Assembly (NCBI GenBank): GCA_965248435.1
Contig: OZ252100.1
Span: 2,720,001 to 2,784,000, forward strand
DNA length: 64,000 nucleotides
Origin: Candidatus Latescibacterota bacterium
GTDB taxonomy: Bacteria; Latescibacterota; UBA2968; GCA-2709665
Reading direction: 5' to 3'
Positions 47,050 to 56,657 of the stretch are shown one piece after another; the first letter of the stretch is position 1; every line of letters starts with the position of its first letter. Position numbers and translations under genes: made by a program. Under the pieces are notes generated by a model, which made no database searches, had not been told where the DNA came from, and saw only the letters and a list, made by a program, of their open reading frames with translations.

Positions 47050-47472
47050 CTAGACCATCCACGGATCCAGAAGCGATACCCCGGTCGCCCGCATATGATC
47101 TGTATCTCGCGTGACCAGTGTCATGCCTTTGGTGTAGGCTGTGGCGGCAATGAGACCGTCCAGAACTGGAATGCGCGTTCCCTTCAGTTCGGCCTCGCCT
47201 GAGACGATTCCCCACCGAGCCGCGGTCTCGGTGTCGACCTCGAGCACTCGCCCAGCGAACCGCTCCGCAAGATCCTGCTCAAGCCAGGTCTGAAGGCGGC
47301 GCTTCTTCGGCCCTGCGTGGAGTCGTGCAATCCCCTTGAGGATTTCACCGATGGTAACAACGCTCAAGTAGAGTGCGGACTCGTCCTGTTCTTCGAGCCA
47401 GCCAACAACAACCTCGGCCGGTCTTCGCCGCGTCACCTCCGACAGCACGCAGATATCCAGCAGGTAGTTCAA
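47050..47472 (-). CDS. vapC: Type II toxin, VapC/PIN family
   Basis: YLLDICVLSE, SVVTIGEI, DGLIAATA and LVTRD; overlaps the antitoxin stop. Confidence 0.92.
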   Translation of the reverse strand: MNYLLDICVLSEVTRRRPAEVVVGWLEEQDESALYLSVVTIGEILKGIARLHAGPKKRRLQTWLEQDLAERFAGRVLEVDTETAARWGIVSGEAELKGTRIPVLDGLIAATAYTKGMTLVTRDTDHMRATGVSLLDPWMV

Positions 47473-47714
47473 AGTTCGATATCTCGACCCGTGTCGTCGT
47501 CCCTGTCGAGGTTGACTTCTGACAAAGGAGAATGCCTGAGAAAGGAAACAAGCGTGCCCTTCTTTCGGGTCAGCGACTTGAAGTCATCGATGGAGATCAG
47601 AACCGCTGTCTCCACCCCCCGCTTCGTGATGAGCTGCGGGCCATCATTCAGCGCACGCTGGATCACCTCGCTCAGTCTGTTCTTCGCATCCTGTAGCGGC
47701 CACTTAGCTTTCAC
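47469..47714 (-). CDS. Type II antitoxin, Phd/YefM family
   Basis: WPLQDAKNRLSEVIQRA..GPQLITKRG..AVLIS; AGAGGAG RBS. Confidence 0.92.
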   Translation of the reverse strand: MKAKWPLQDAKNRLSEVIQRALNDGPQLITKRGVETAVLISIDDFKSLTRKKGTLVSFLRHSPLSEVNLDRDDDTGRDIEL

Positions 47715-47730
47715 GGGATCTCCTCTTTTA

Positions 47731-47779
47731 AATCTAGACAGTCTAGATTAATTATATAGGGAAATCAATTACCCGTCAA
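47731..47779 (-). promoter_or_regulatory. TA operon promoter and palindromic operator
   Basis: TTGACG(47779-47774)-N17-TATAAT(47756-47751); perfect inverted repeat AATCTAGAC-A-GTCTAGATT at 47731-47749 over the predicted TSS. Confidence 0.85.
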
Positions 47780-47899
47780 GGATCAAAAACGTTTCCAGGA
47801 GATGTCTCTGCGGTGATCCTTTACAACTCATTGTGAATTATTGATGTTATATAATTATGAACGCCGTACCCTGGTACCGATTGCCCTTGAGAACCAATA

Positions 47900-48123
47900 T
47901 TCCACGCGCGTGGAAAATCTCCCCGAAGTAGCCTCCGGTGACGCCTATCTTTCCGCAATCCACAGTTTTTAAGGTACCCGGTTCCCGTGTTTTGGTGTCC
48001 CAGTACCCTGTTTTCCCTCTGCGACCTCTGCGCCTCCGCGGTTAGATTTGCCTTTCATTCCGCAATCCAAAATCCGCAATCCGCAATTCTTACGGTACCC
48101 AGTACCCGATCCCCGGTACCCGG
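47900..48123. repeat. Cluster of short intergenic repeats
   Basis: 16-bp palindrome TTCCACGCGCGTGGAA at 47900-47915; (G/A)GTACCC heptamers at ~47973-48008 and 48094-48123; CTCTGCG units at ~48017-48040; CAATCCG-type heptamers at 48056-48088. Confidence 0.7.
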
Positions 48124-51100
48124 GTTTCTGCAGCCCGCTTTGTCGAGGCGATGGGCTGCCCGTTCAGCGTCGTCGCCAACCGGTTGAAGGCCAGTGAAAA
48201 CGGGAGAAAGTCGAAGAATCCAACCGTTCCATCCCGGTCGATGTCGGCCAGTCCGTTATAGTTGGGATCTCCCAGGCTGGAGTCGAAGGCAAGGGCGAAG
48301 ATCACGAAGTCGTTGAAATCCTGCCTGAAATCTCCCAGCGCAAGGAGGTAGACCGGATCCCCGTTCGCGTCGGCATACTCTCGAATCAGCGGCGCAGCGG
48401 TGCCCTCGGTCACGTTGTCCAGATCGAACGCATCGATCCGGTAAAGAAACGGACCGGAGACCGTGTCTGTAAATGCACGTGATCCAGCCGGAAGGGTAGC
48501 GACCTTTTCAAGGCCGTTCGCATCCTCACCTCGCCAGATCTCATACCCTTCCACACCAGGGATCGGGAAGGCGAATCCCCGGTAGGGAACGAAGCCTACC
48601 ACCCGATCGTCTTCCGAAGGTGTCCAGTTCAGCGTGGTCCCGTCATTCGTGACTGTGCCGTTCATGGAAGCGACTGGAACCTGCGCGGGTGGCAGGTTGT
48701 CCACGGCCCGCGCCGGTTCAGAGATGGTTTGTTCGGTCGTCCGGATCCGGCCCGTCTGGGCTCGAATGAACCCGGGAAGGCGAACGGTTGCCCTGGGGCG
48801 ACTTAGATCGATGTCTAGCCGCGCGAAAAAGTGGTCTCGTCTCTCTCCCACGATCGACTGGACGTATTTCTCTGGTGGATCGACAAGTTTCCTCAGCTCG
48901 GCCTCCGATATCAGCCCGTTCGAATCAAGGCCTAGTGCTGCGGCCATCTGCCGGACGCTCTCCTTCGTGAATACGCGTTTAGCAAGTACGCGAGGTTCAG
49001 ACGACTTGCGCCCATATTCTCCCGTAATCGCCCAACGGCTCTCCTTGTTGTCCAGTGCCGGCACAACCGCATAGACCGGACCTTCCTCGCCATCCTTTTG
49101 AGGAACGGGGTCGATCACCGCCCAGGGCACAAAGCGCGTGACCGGCTCTTCAAGGGTGACCAGTTCGCCCGCATCGTCCAGGTCAGTCGTAACCTGGATC
49201 TCTCGGTAGACACGGTACTGCGAAAGCCTCGCGTGATCCTCAGATCTCGGGAAGACAAACAGCACGAGCCGGCCCTGGTCTCCCTCGCCCTTTGGTCCCA
49301 GGTAGTCCTGCACGATCAGCGTATCCAACCCAGCAAGGAGCTCCGGGCCGACCGGCGCTGTCCCGTGCGGCACGAACGTCAAAGAGGCCGTGCTTCCCAC
49401 CGCCTTCAACTGGCTCTTCGTGATCCCCGATGTGTCCGTCGGTGCGTTCACCGAACGAGCCGTGATGACAAGCCCTTCACCTTCCCTGTCTGGGGCAACG
49501 GCTGTGAACCGATTCTCGCCCGGCTTGATCTCCTGGGGGCCCGAAGGAATTTTCACATCGCCTATGTTCGCCGCGAACTCCGCCCAGATGCTCTCCATCA
49601 CGTTCCCGCCAGGAACCCGGCTCTCCAACAGATTCGTCGAAGCTGTCAATGAGTCTGACGAATGGAGATCCACCGCCCGATCGAACACCTTCGTGCTCGG
49701 GTTGCCATAGGCGTCCGAGGGTGTGAGATCGATCTCGAACACGCCCGACACCCCGGCGGTCTCTACACCGTCTTCGAACACCTTCAAGCTGTACGTCGTG
49801 AACTCCGCCGCATCCACAGTCAGCGACGAAAGACCACCGGTGATCTTCTCACCCCCGGACGAGTCCTCCACTTCCACGGCGAACTCGTCCAGCCGCTTCG
49901 CAGACCTAACACTCACCACCCGGCTCCCGATCGCCCAGCCTCCACCGTTCAGTGTGCCTGCTCCGTCCCCGTTATCCGTCACCCCACTCCCGCTGAAGCG
50001 AACACTTGAGGTATCCTGCTCGCCCGCATCGACTCGGAGAACCCCCCCTGATTCCTCGTAGGTCACGACCGTCAGCAGCTCACCCACGGTCTTCGTGTCC
50101 ACCGCCGTGATTTTCAGGGGCAATCCGACCCCGGCGATCACTGAATCCACGCCGATGCTGGCACTGTCCAGCGTCACCACGAACGCGTCAGCCGCCGGGT
50201 TCTCGAACGACCGGCTGAACGCGAGCGTGTCCTTCTCAGTGATGAAGATGTTCCCCGCGAGGTCCCTCAGGAAAACCTGAAAGACATACTCCTGCCCGTC
50301 CATCAGAGAATCACCCACGGTCACCTCGACGTCACCCTCTCCTGACGTCACGCCGGTCAGCGACTCCGTAATCACCTGCGGCGGCGAGGCATCCACCTGG
50401 ATGAACCGAACCGATAGTGAATCGACATCCTCTGTCAGCGCAAGTATCGGGTGGCGTGTCTCCTCGTTGATCGTCCGCTCGTCCCCACCGGGAAGCTCAC
50501 CCGACTTTGGGAAGAGCCGCTCCGGCTCAGGCTTCACTGCGTCCTGAATCACATTCTCCAGTGTGAGCGTCGTGCGATTCCCCACGCTGTCTTCTGCCAC
50601 GATCGTCACGTCCAGTGTCTTTCCGCCCTGCTCGGTATTCGCGCCCAGGCTGTCCGTCGCCGTCTTCGTTGCAAAGCTGAACGTCCCGCTCACCTGACCC
50701 CCGAAATCGACCGTGTCAGTCCCGCTCGTGGCGAACAGTGCGCTCGTCGCCTCATCCACCGCCAGCTTCAGAGGGTTCAGCGAGAAGGTCGTATCATCTC
50801 TGAAGACACCGTCGTCATTCACGATATCCAGCACTGCCGTATCCTGCCCGGTAAACCGCACCAACCCGCTGTCAGGGTTAGGATTTTCGGCTGTAATAAC
50901 AGGAAAAACGGCGTCGGCCGCGAAAACGACGTCACTGACGATACCTTCCGGGTTAGCGGAGCCGGCCAGACTCGCACCCAGGTTACCTACATCGTCGACG
51001 AGATAGGCCACCGCCCTGACACGCTGATTGTTCCTGAACTGACCTTCTGTGACCGTAAAGCTCTCACGGGGCTGTGCGTCGAAATCGAACAGGTCCGGGA

Positions 51101-54100
51101 TTGTGGACTTATGAATCGCACTGTCGAGTGCTGATGCGGTGTTCACATCCACGCTCGTGTCCAGGAGGACCACCACCGCCTGGCTCGCATTCGAAGGAAG
51201 GAGCTTTGTGTGATCAAGATCCAGGCCAAGCGTGACGACATCTCCGATCTTGATCGCACGCAGACCACCCACCGTCCCGAGTCCAGTCGTATCCAACACC
51301 ACGCTGTCCACGAGGCCTGTATTCACAGGACGCTGCCCGTCCACACCGACCCTCACGCCGTCTCCCACCAGGCCCAGCCTCGGGTCGATCTGCACCATCG
51401 GCGCATCCATCAGGTTGTGGAGCAGCTTGAGCGCGACCGCATCGCCATCTTCGCTCAGCTTCGCCTGCGCGATCACCCCCGAGTCCGTCGTCTCAGCGTC
51501 GCCAGGCGACACAGCGAACTTTACCGTGAACGTATCCACGGATGCACCGTCCCCCGTCGGCGATAGCAGGGTATCCACCAGTCCGATGTCGCCGAACGAG
51601 CCAAGTACCTCGTCACTGCTCAGCCCTACGATCAGGGTGTCCAGCTCGGGGATCGAAATGACGTCCACCTGAACGGTGTCTCCGATGATGGCAACCGTCC
51701 CGCTGTCTGAAGATGCCGCCAGAGCAATCTTGGCCAGGGACGGTTCTCCCTCCAGGAGTATCGACAGCCGGATGCGGACACCCTGAGGGTCCACCTGAAG
51801 CGTGTTGACCACAAAGTTGTCAGTGGTCGTGAACCTGTAAGTCGCTCCGCTGCTGATCGACTTCACGCGCCAGAAGAAGGTACCGTCACCCAGATCGGGT
51901 GTAAGCTGACTGGCGGTTATCCCGGTGACCGTGGTCGAACCACTGAATCCTGAATTGTCCGCATACTCCAGTGTATAGCTTGCCGTACCCGTGACATCTG
52001 CCCAGTCCAGGGTGGGCGACGCATCAAATATAGACGCCCCGTTGAATCGAGCCAGGGCGGCCGCGCTGGTCAGATTGTGAAGTACCGACACTGTGGTCGA
52101 AATGTTCGGAATCGTCAGATCGGGTATGCCATCCCCGTCCAGATCCGCGACCGCGACGTCACGTGCAGTCGCCGCGAGAGAGACATTGACTTCGCCGGCA
52201 AGGGAGATGGATCCGCTCGTACTCGTGTTCCGAAATATCGAAACCGAACCCCCATCGTTCGAAACCACGACGTCGGGCTTGCCGTCGCCATCTACATCGC
52301 CGATCGCTACACCGATCGGAGTGGTTCCGGTTGAGGAATCTATCTTTGCAGCCAGAGAGATCGAGCCGGAGACGCTCGTGTTTCGAAAGATGGACACTGT
52401 GTTGTCAGTCTGGTTGGTGATTGCAATGTCCAATTTGCCGTCGCCATCCAGATCCCCTACCGCCAGACCATTAGGATCCGCTCCAGTGACGAAGTCGACT
52501 GTGGCAGCGAAGGAGGAGGGCGCGTCGATGAGGCCCGGAGTGGCTGTATTTCGAAGTACGGATACCCGATCCAACGCTCCGGAATCCGAGACGATGAGGT
52601 CGGGTTTTCCATCCCCATCTATATCCCCGATGGCCAGTAGTTTTGGTGTCGTGCCAGTGCCGAAGTCTTCCTTTGGCGAAAACGAATCGCTGGTGATCGC
52701 CCCGGGAACAGCGGTGTTTCGAAATACTGATACCTTGTCAGTAGTGGAACTTGTGGCGGCCAAATCCAGTTTTCCATCCCCGTCCAAATCCCCTATCGCC
52801 ACATCTATCAGACTGCCAGCCCCCGTAAACGGCACCTCAGCGGCGAAGCTGATCGTGCCGGATGTGCTCGTGTTCCGAAACACGCCCACCGTGTTAGAAT
52901 TGTTTGCCGTGGCGATGTCCGGTTTACCGTCGCCGTCCAAATCCCCGATGGCCACACCGATGGGATCGGCTCCTGTGGTAAACGGGACTTGTGTCGCAAA
53001 GGATGAGCCTGTGATACTCCCCGGAGTACTGGTATTTCGAAATATGGACACCGAGTTTGTCGTATTATTCGTAACCGCCAGTTCTGGTTTGCCATCCCCA
53101 TCCAGGTCGCCTACTGCTACGTGGAAAGACGTGGTTTCTGTAGTAAAAGTCTCTTTTGGCGCCAGGCTTGAAGTGTCGAAAGTCGGAGAGTCGCCTGAGA
53201 AGGTCGGGATGAAAAACTGGGTCGAGATCGCTGTCCGGTTTCCCGCAGTCACGCTTATTGGACCGTATCCTGAGCCGGACGGCACGGTCACCGTCAGCGA
53301 AGTCGTGGATGCCGAGGTGACCGTCGCCTTGATCGGATCGAAGAAGACCGTGTTGTTCGCCGCGGTCGCGTCGAAACTCGTCCCCGTGATCGTCACAGCC
53401 GTTCCCACCTTGCCCGAGGTGGGCGTGATGGAGGTGATGGTGGGTGGGTCGGCGATGTTGTGGAGGATGGAAATTGAAGTGACTCCGCTATTCGCAGCGA
53501 CTATTTCCGGTTTCCCATCTCCAGTCAGGTCACCAACCGCCACGCCTACTGGGTTGCTAGCAACGGTAAAATCAACATTCGTGGCAAACGATATGGACCC
53601 TGATGAACCTGTGTTCCTCAGTACTGACACCGAAAGGCTGCTGTTGTTGGAGACAACCAGGTCCAGTTTGGCATCCCCATTAATGTCGCCGGCAGCGATT
53701 CGACTCGGTGAGGTGCCGGTGGAGAAAGTAAGATCGGATGCAAACGAGGATCCATTAATGGTTCCTGATACGGCAGTATTTCTGAGCACAGAGACATTAT
53801 TATCGGTTGCGTTGACTGTTGCGACATCGATCTTTCCGTCACCGTTGTAGTCCCCGAGTACGGGGCACGCTGGTCCTGCTCCGGTTGAAAACTCATCGTG
53901 GGTCTCGAACGATGAAGCGTCGATGACACCCGCCGAGGCCACGTTGCGAAGCACGGAGATCGTGTTTGAGCCCTGGTTTGCTACAACGATTTCGGGTTTT
54001 TTATCGCCATCGATGTCCGCAACAGCGACCCACCGGGGGTTTGTTCCGACGGTGAAATTGACCCCGCTCTCGAAGGAGTTCGAATCGATCTTGCCCTCAA

Positions 54101-56189
54101 TGGAGGTATTCCGGAATACCTGAACGGAGGTGTTGGAGTTATTTCCCAGGACTATATCGAGCCTCGCATCTCCGTCGAAGTCGGCTATCGCGATCCCACG
54201 TGGTTGTCCTGAAGCCGTGAAATCGACGCTCCCGGCCAGAGTCGATCCGTCGATTACGCCGCTCGTTGATGTATTATGCAACACTGAGAAATCCGTTGAA
54301 CCCTGATTCACAACGATAACTTCGCACTTCCCATCGCCATCCAGGTCGGCGATGGCCACCCCATACGGCGTGGTTCCTGTAGTGAAATCATCCTTGGCTT
54401 CAAAGGATGTAGCGTTTAGCCCCCCCGACAGCCCTGCGTTTCGGAAAAGGGACACTTTAACAGCGCCCTGGTCGGTCACCGCGAGATCAGGGAATCCATC
54501 CCCATCGATGTCTCCGATCGCGACCTGCAAGGGCGTTGTATTCGTGGTGAAATTGATTTTGTCGCCGAAGGTACCGGCTGTGATGGTCTGAGAAATGCCT
54601 GAGTATGTTGGCAGGAAGAACTCATCCGACTCCGCGATCCCCGCGTTGACCTTCACGGTAATGGGTCCAAACGTTGCGCCTGTGGGAACGGTCACCGTCA
54701 GCGAGGTCGTGGAAGCCGAGGTCACCGTCGCCTTCGTCGCGCCGAAGAACACGGTGTTGTCAGCCGTGTCAGCGTCGAACTCTTCGCCGGTGATCGTCAC
54801 CGACGTCCCCACATTGCCTGAGGTAGGACTGATAGAGGTGATCTTTGGTCGGAGGCGAAGAAACAGAACATAGGCAGCTCCGCGGCTGAAGCCGCCGGTG
54901 TCATCTCTGAACGCCCCCACGGCCAGATCTTCGACCCCGTCGTTGTCCAGATCCCCCACACCGGCTACAGAGATGCCGAATTGGTCACTATTCGTGAGGG
55001 TGACGTTGAAGCCGCCGGTGTTGTCGGCGATCTTCTGGTTACTTTTGACGGTGCCGTTGCTGTTCATAAACAGCACATACACAGCACCTCGATCCGTGCC
55101 GCCGGTGTCATCTGCGTACGTCCCCACGGCCAGGTCTTCGACCCCATCGCCGTCCAGATCCCCCACACCCGCTACCGATACGCCGAATTGGTCGGAATCT
55201 GTCAGCGTAACGCTGAAGCCGCCCGTGTTGTCGGCGATCTTCTGGCTGCTTTTGACCGTACCGTTGCTGTTCATAAACAATACATACACCGCACCTCGAG
55301 CCGGGCCGCCCGTGTCGTCTAAGAACGCCCCCACGGCCAGATCTTCGACTCCGTCGTTGTCCAGATCCCCCACACCCTTTACAGAGGTGCCGAATCGGTC
55401 ACTATTCGTGAGGGTGACGTTGAAGCCGCCAGTGTTGTCGGCGATTTTCTGGTTACTTTTGACGGTGCCGTTGCTGTTCATAAACAGCACATACACAGCA
55501 CCTCGATCCGTGCCGCCGGTGTCATCTCTGAACGCCCCCACGGCCAGATCTTCGACCCCGTCGCCGTCCAGATCCCCCACACCCGCTACCGATACGCCGA
55601 ATTGGTCGGAATCTGTCAGCGTAACGCTGAAGCCGCCCGTGTTGTCGGCGATCTTCTGGCTGCTTTTGACCGTACCGTTGCTGTTCATAAACAGCACATA
55701 CACAGCACCTCGATCCGTGCCGCCCGTGTCGTCTAAGAACGCCCCCACGGCCAGATCTTCGACCCCGTCGTTGTCCAGATCCCCCACACCGGCTACAGAG
55801 ATGCCGAATTGGTCACTATTCGTGAGGGTGACGTTGAAGCCGCCAGTGTTGTCGGCGATTTTCTGGTTACTTTTGACGGTGCCGTTGCTGTTCATAAACA
55901 GCACATACACAGCACCTCGATCCGTGCCGCCCGTGTCGTCTAAGAACGCCCCCACGGCCAGGTCTTCGACCCCGTCGCCGTCCAGATCCCCCACACTTGC
56001 TACTGATCTGGCGAATTGGTCACTATTCGTGAGGGAGACACTGAAGCCACCGGTGTTGTCGGCAATCTTCTGAGAGCTCTTCGCCGAGCCGGTCTGGGCG
56101 CGGGTAGAAAAAGCGCACAACAGAAGTAGGAATCCTCCGAGGAGGATTCCTGATCCCAGGTTACTGGCATATCGACCGAAGCACGTCAC
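48090..56189 (-). CDS. Giant secreted/surface protein: FG-GAP (integrin-alpha-like) propellers, IPT/TIG domains, Fn3-like domain, long uncharacterised region, dockerin-like EF-hand C-terminus
   Basis: Signal peptide ending STRA-Q; many GDLDGDG..DL motifs; two P.ITSI.PTSG.VGT.VTITG IPT starts; terminal DFNDFVIFA...ADIDRDGTVGFFDFLPFSLAF. Confidence 0.92.
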   Translation of the reverse strand: MTCFGRYASNLGSGILLGGFLLLLCAFSTRAQTGSAKSSQKIADNTGGFSVSLTNSDQFARSVASVGDLDGDGVEDLAVGAFLDDTGGTDRGAVYVLFMNSNGTVKSNQKIADNTGGFNVTLTNSDQFGISVAGVGDLDNDGVEDLAVGAFLDDTGGTDRGAVYVLFMNSNGTVKSSQKIADNTGGFSVTLTDSDQFGVSVAGVGDLDGDGVEDLAVGAFRDDTGGTDRGAVYVLFMNSNGTVKSNQKIADNTGGFNVTLTNSDRFGTSVKGVGDLDNDGVEDLAVGAFLDDTGGPARGAVYVLFMNSNGTVKSSQKIADNTGGFSVTLTDSDQFGVSVAGVGDLDGDGVEDLAVGTYADDTGGTDRGAVYVLFMNSNGTVKSNQKIADNTGGFNVTLTNSDQFGISVAGVGDLDNDGVEDLAVGAFRDDTGGFSRGAAYVLFLRLRPKITSISPTSGNVGTSVTITGEEFDADTADNTVFFGATKATVTSASTTSLTVTVPTGATFGPITVKVNAGIAESDEFFLPTYSGISQTITAGTFGDKINFTTNTTPLQVAIGDIDGDGFPDLAVTDQGAVKVSLFRNAGLSGGLNATSFEAKDDFTTGTTPYGVAIADLDGDGKCEVIVVNQGSTDFSVLHNTSTSGVIDGSTLAGSVDFTASGQPRGIAIADFDGDARLDIVLGNNSNTSVQVFRNTSIEGKIDSNSFESGVNFTVGTNPRWVAVADIDGDKKPEIVVANQGSNTISVLRNVASAGVIDASSFETHDEFSTGAGPACPVLGDYNGDGKIDVATVNATDNNVSVLRNTAVSGTINGSSFASDLTFSTGTSPSRIAAGDINGDAKLDLVVSNNSSLSVSVLRNTGSSGSISFATNVDFTVASNPVGVAVGDLTGDGKPEIVAANSGVTSISILHNIADPPTITSITPTSGKVGTAVTITGTSFDATAANNTVFFDPIKATVTSASTTSLTVTVPSGSGYGPISVTAGNRTAISTQFFIPTFSGDSPTFDTSSLAPKETFTTETTSFHVAVGDLDGDGKPELAVTNNTTNSVSIFRNTSTPGSITGSSFATQVPFTTGADPIGVAIGDLDGDGKPDIATANNSNTVGVFRNTSTSGTISFAAEVPFTGAGSLIDVAIGDLDGDGKLDLAATSSTTDKVSVFRNTAVPGAITSDSFSPKEDFGTGTTPKLLAIGDIDGDGKPDLIVSDSGALDRVSVLRNTATPGLIDAPSSFAATVDFVTGADPNGLAVGDLDGDGKLDIAITNQTDNTVSIFRNTSVSGSISLAAKIDSSTGTTPIGVAIGDVDGDGKPDVVVSNDGGSVSIFRNTSTSGSISLAGEVNVSLAATARDVAVADLDGDGIPDLTIPNISTTVSVLHNLTSAAALARFNGASIFDASPTLDWADVTGTASYTLEYADNSGFSGSTTVTGITASQLTPDLGDGTFFWRVKSISSGATYRFTTTDNFVVNTLQVDPQGVRIRLSILLEGEPSLAKIALAASSDSGTVAIIGDTVQVDVISIPELDTLIVGLSSDEVLGSFGDIGLVDTLLSPTGDGASVDTFTVKFAVSPGDAETTDSGVIAQAKLSEDGDAVALKLLHNLMDAPMVQIDPRLGLVGDGVRVGVDGQRPVNTGLVDSVVLDTTGLGTVGGLRAIKIGDVVTLGLDLDHTKLLPSNASQAVVVLLDTSVDVNTASALDSAIHKSTIPDLFDFDAQPRESFTVTEGQFRNNQRVRAVAYLVDDVGNLGASLAGSANPEGIVSDVVFAADAVFPVITAENPNPDSGLVRFTGQDTAVLDIVNDDGVFRDDTTFSLNPLKLAVDEATSALFATSGTDTVDFGGQVSGTFSFATKTATDSLGANTEQGGKTLDVTIVAEDSVGNRTTLTLENVIQDAVKPEPERLFPKSGELPGGDERTINEETRHPILALTEDVDSLSVRFIQVDASPPQVITESLTGVTSGEGDVEVTVGDSLMDGQEYVFQVFLRDLAGNIFITEKDTLAFSRSFENPAADAFVVTLDSASIGVDSVIAGVGLPLKITAVDTKTVGELLTVVTYEESGGVLRVDAGEQDTSSVRFSGSGVTDNGDGAGTLNGGGWAIGSRVVSVRSAKRLDEFAVEVEDSSGGEKITGGLSSLTVDAAEFTTYSLKVFEDGVETAGVSGVFEIDLTPSDAYGNPSTKVFDRAVDLHSSDSLTASTNLLESRVPGGNVMESIWAEFAANIGDVKIPSGPQEIKPGENRFTAVAPDREGEGLVITARSVNAPTDTSGITKSQLKAVGSTASLTFVPHGTAPVGPELLAGLDTLIVQDYLGPKGEGDQGRLVLFVFPRSEDHARLSQYRVYREIQVTTDLDDAGELVTLEEPVTRFVPWAVIDPVPQKDGEEGPVYAVVPALDNKESRWAITGEYGRKSSEPRVLAKRVFTKESVRQMAAALGLDSNGLISEAELRKLVDPPEKYVQSIVGERRDHFFARLDIDLSRPRATVRLPGFIRAQTGRIRTTEQTISEPARAVDNLPPAQVPVASMNGTVTNDGTTLNWTPSEDDRVVGFVPYRGFAFPIPGVEGYEIWRGEDANGLEKVATLPAGSRAFTDTVSGPFLYRIDAFDLDNVTEGTAAPLIREYADANGDPVYLLALGDFRQDFNDFVIFALAFDSSLGDPNYNGLADIDRDGTVGFFDFLPFSLAFNRLATTLNGQPIASTKRAAETRVPGIGYWVP
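54860..56085 (-). repeat. Six near-identical 207-bp (69-aa) coding tandem repeats with ABABAB pattern
   Basis: Anchor TTGTCGGCGAT recurs at 55021, 55228 and 55435 (207-bp spacing) and onward; units alternate SSQ/FSV/DGDG and SNQ/FNV/DNDG. Confidence 0.95.
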
Positions 56190-56207
56190 GATCTCGCTCT
56201 ACTCCAC

Positions 56208-56244
56208 AAAAAAGGGGCCTATTCCCTGAGAAGAGAAGAGGCCC
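56208..56244 (-). terminator. Terminator-like hairpin in the 5' leader of the giant protein gene
   Basis: Minus strand GGGCCT-N18-AGGCCC(C)-T6, ending about 19 nt before the GTG start; no same-strand gene upstream. Confidence 0.5.
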
Positions 56245-56423
56245 GACCTTCCTCTCCAAATAATCCAGGAAGCCAAGACCCGACGCCCTGACCTTCACGA
56301 TTTTCGGAAGGGTAATATAAGAGGGTCTACTTTTGGTCGCTAGTCAAATTATCGCCGTTGGCTGTACATTATTTAAACCGTGCCTCAGCAACTTTGTGAT
56401 ATTCGTCACAATTGGTGATTTAG

Positions 56424-56533
56424 ACCCCTCCCCCAGCCCCTCCCCTAAAGGAGAGGGGAGAGGGACGCCATTTTCAGAACCGAATTGAAGACTATGCCCC
56501 CTTCCCTTTGGGGAAGGGGGGATGGGGTTGGGT
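56424..56533. repeat. Inverted pair of C/G-rich REP-like hairpin elements
   Basis: ACCCCTCCCCCAGCCCCTCCCCTAAAGGAGAGGGGAG and, in opposite orientation, CCCCCTTCCCTTTGGGGAAGGGGGGATGGGGTTGGGT. Confidence 0.65.
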
Positions 56534-56613
56534 TGAGGTTGATTCCGGACGGTGGATCAGCTATGCTTCCTTCGCTAACCGTTTGGCGCAGTACTGGGTA
56601 GTGGTGATGGGAT

Positions 56614-56650
56614 TCGTGTCCTTTCGTGCTTCTTCGTGCCCTTTCGTGAT
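56614..56650. repeat. 10-bp-period TTCGTG repeat
   Basis: TTCGTGTCCT TTCGTGCTTC TTCGTGCCCT TTCGTG directly upstream of the ligase ATG. Confidence 0.7.
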
Positions 56651-56657
56651 CCTGCCT

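Noticed and set aside
41060-47714. AAA+ pair plus TA module as an anti-phage defence island
   Set aside because: No nuclease, methylase or other defence effector motif recognised; the intervening genes are metabolic or transport genes.
52093-56073. Long + strand ORFs 52093-53850 and 54898-56073
   Set aside because: Antisense shadows of the repetitive FG-GAP gene, with Ser/Pro/Thr-rich translation and no independent motifs.
54860-56085. 207-bp repeats as a CRISPR array or DGR template/variable repeats
   Set aside because: They are in-frame coding repeats without unique spacers; differences are not confined to adenines; no cas or reverse transcriptase gene in the window.
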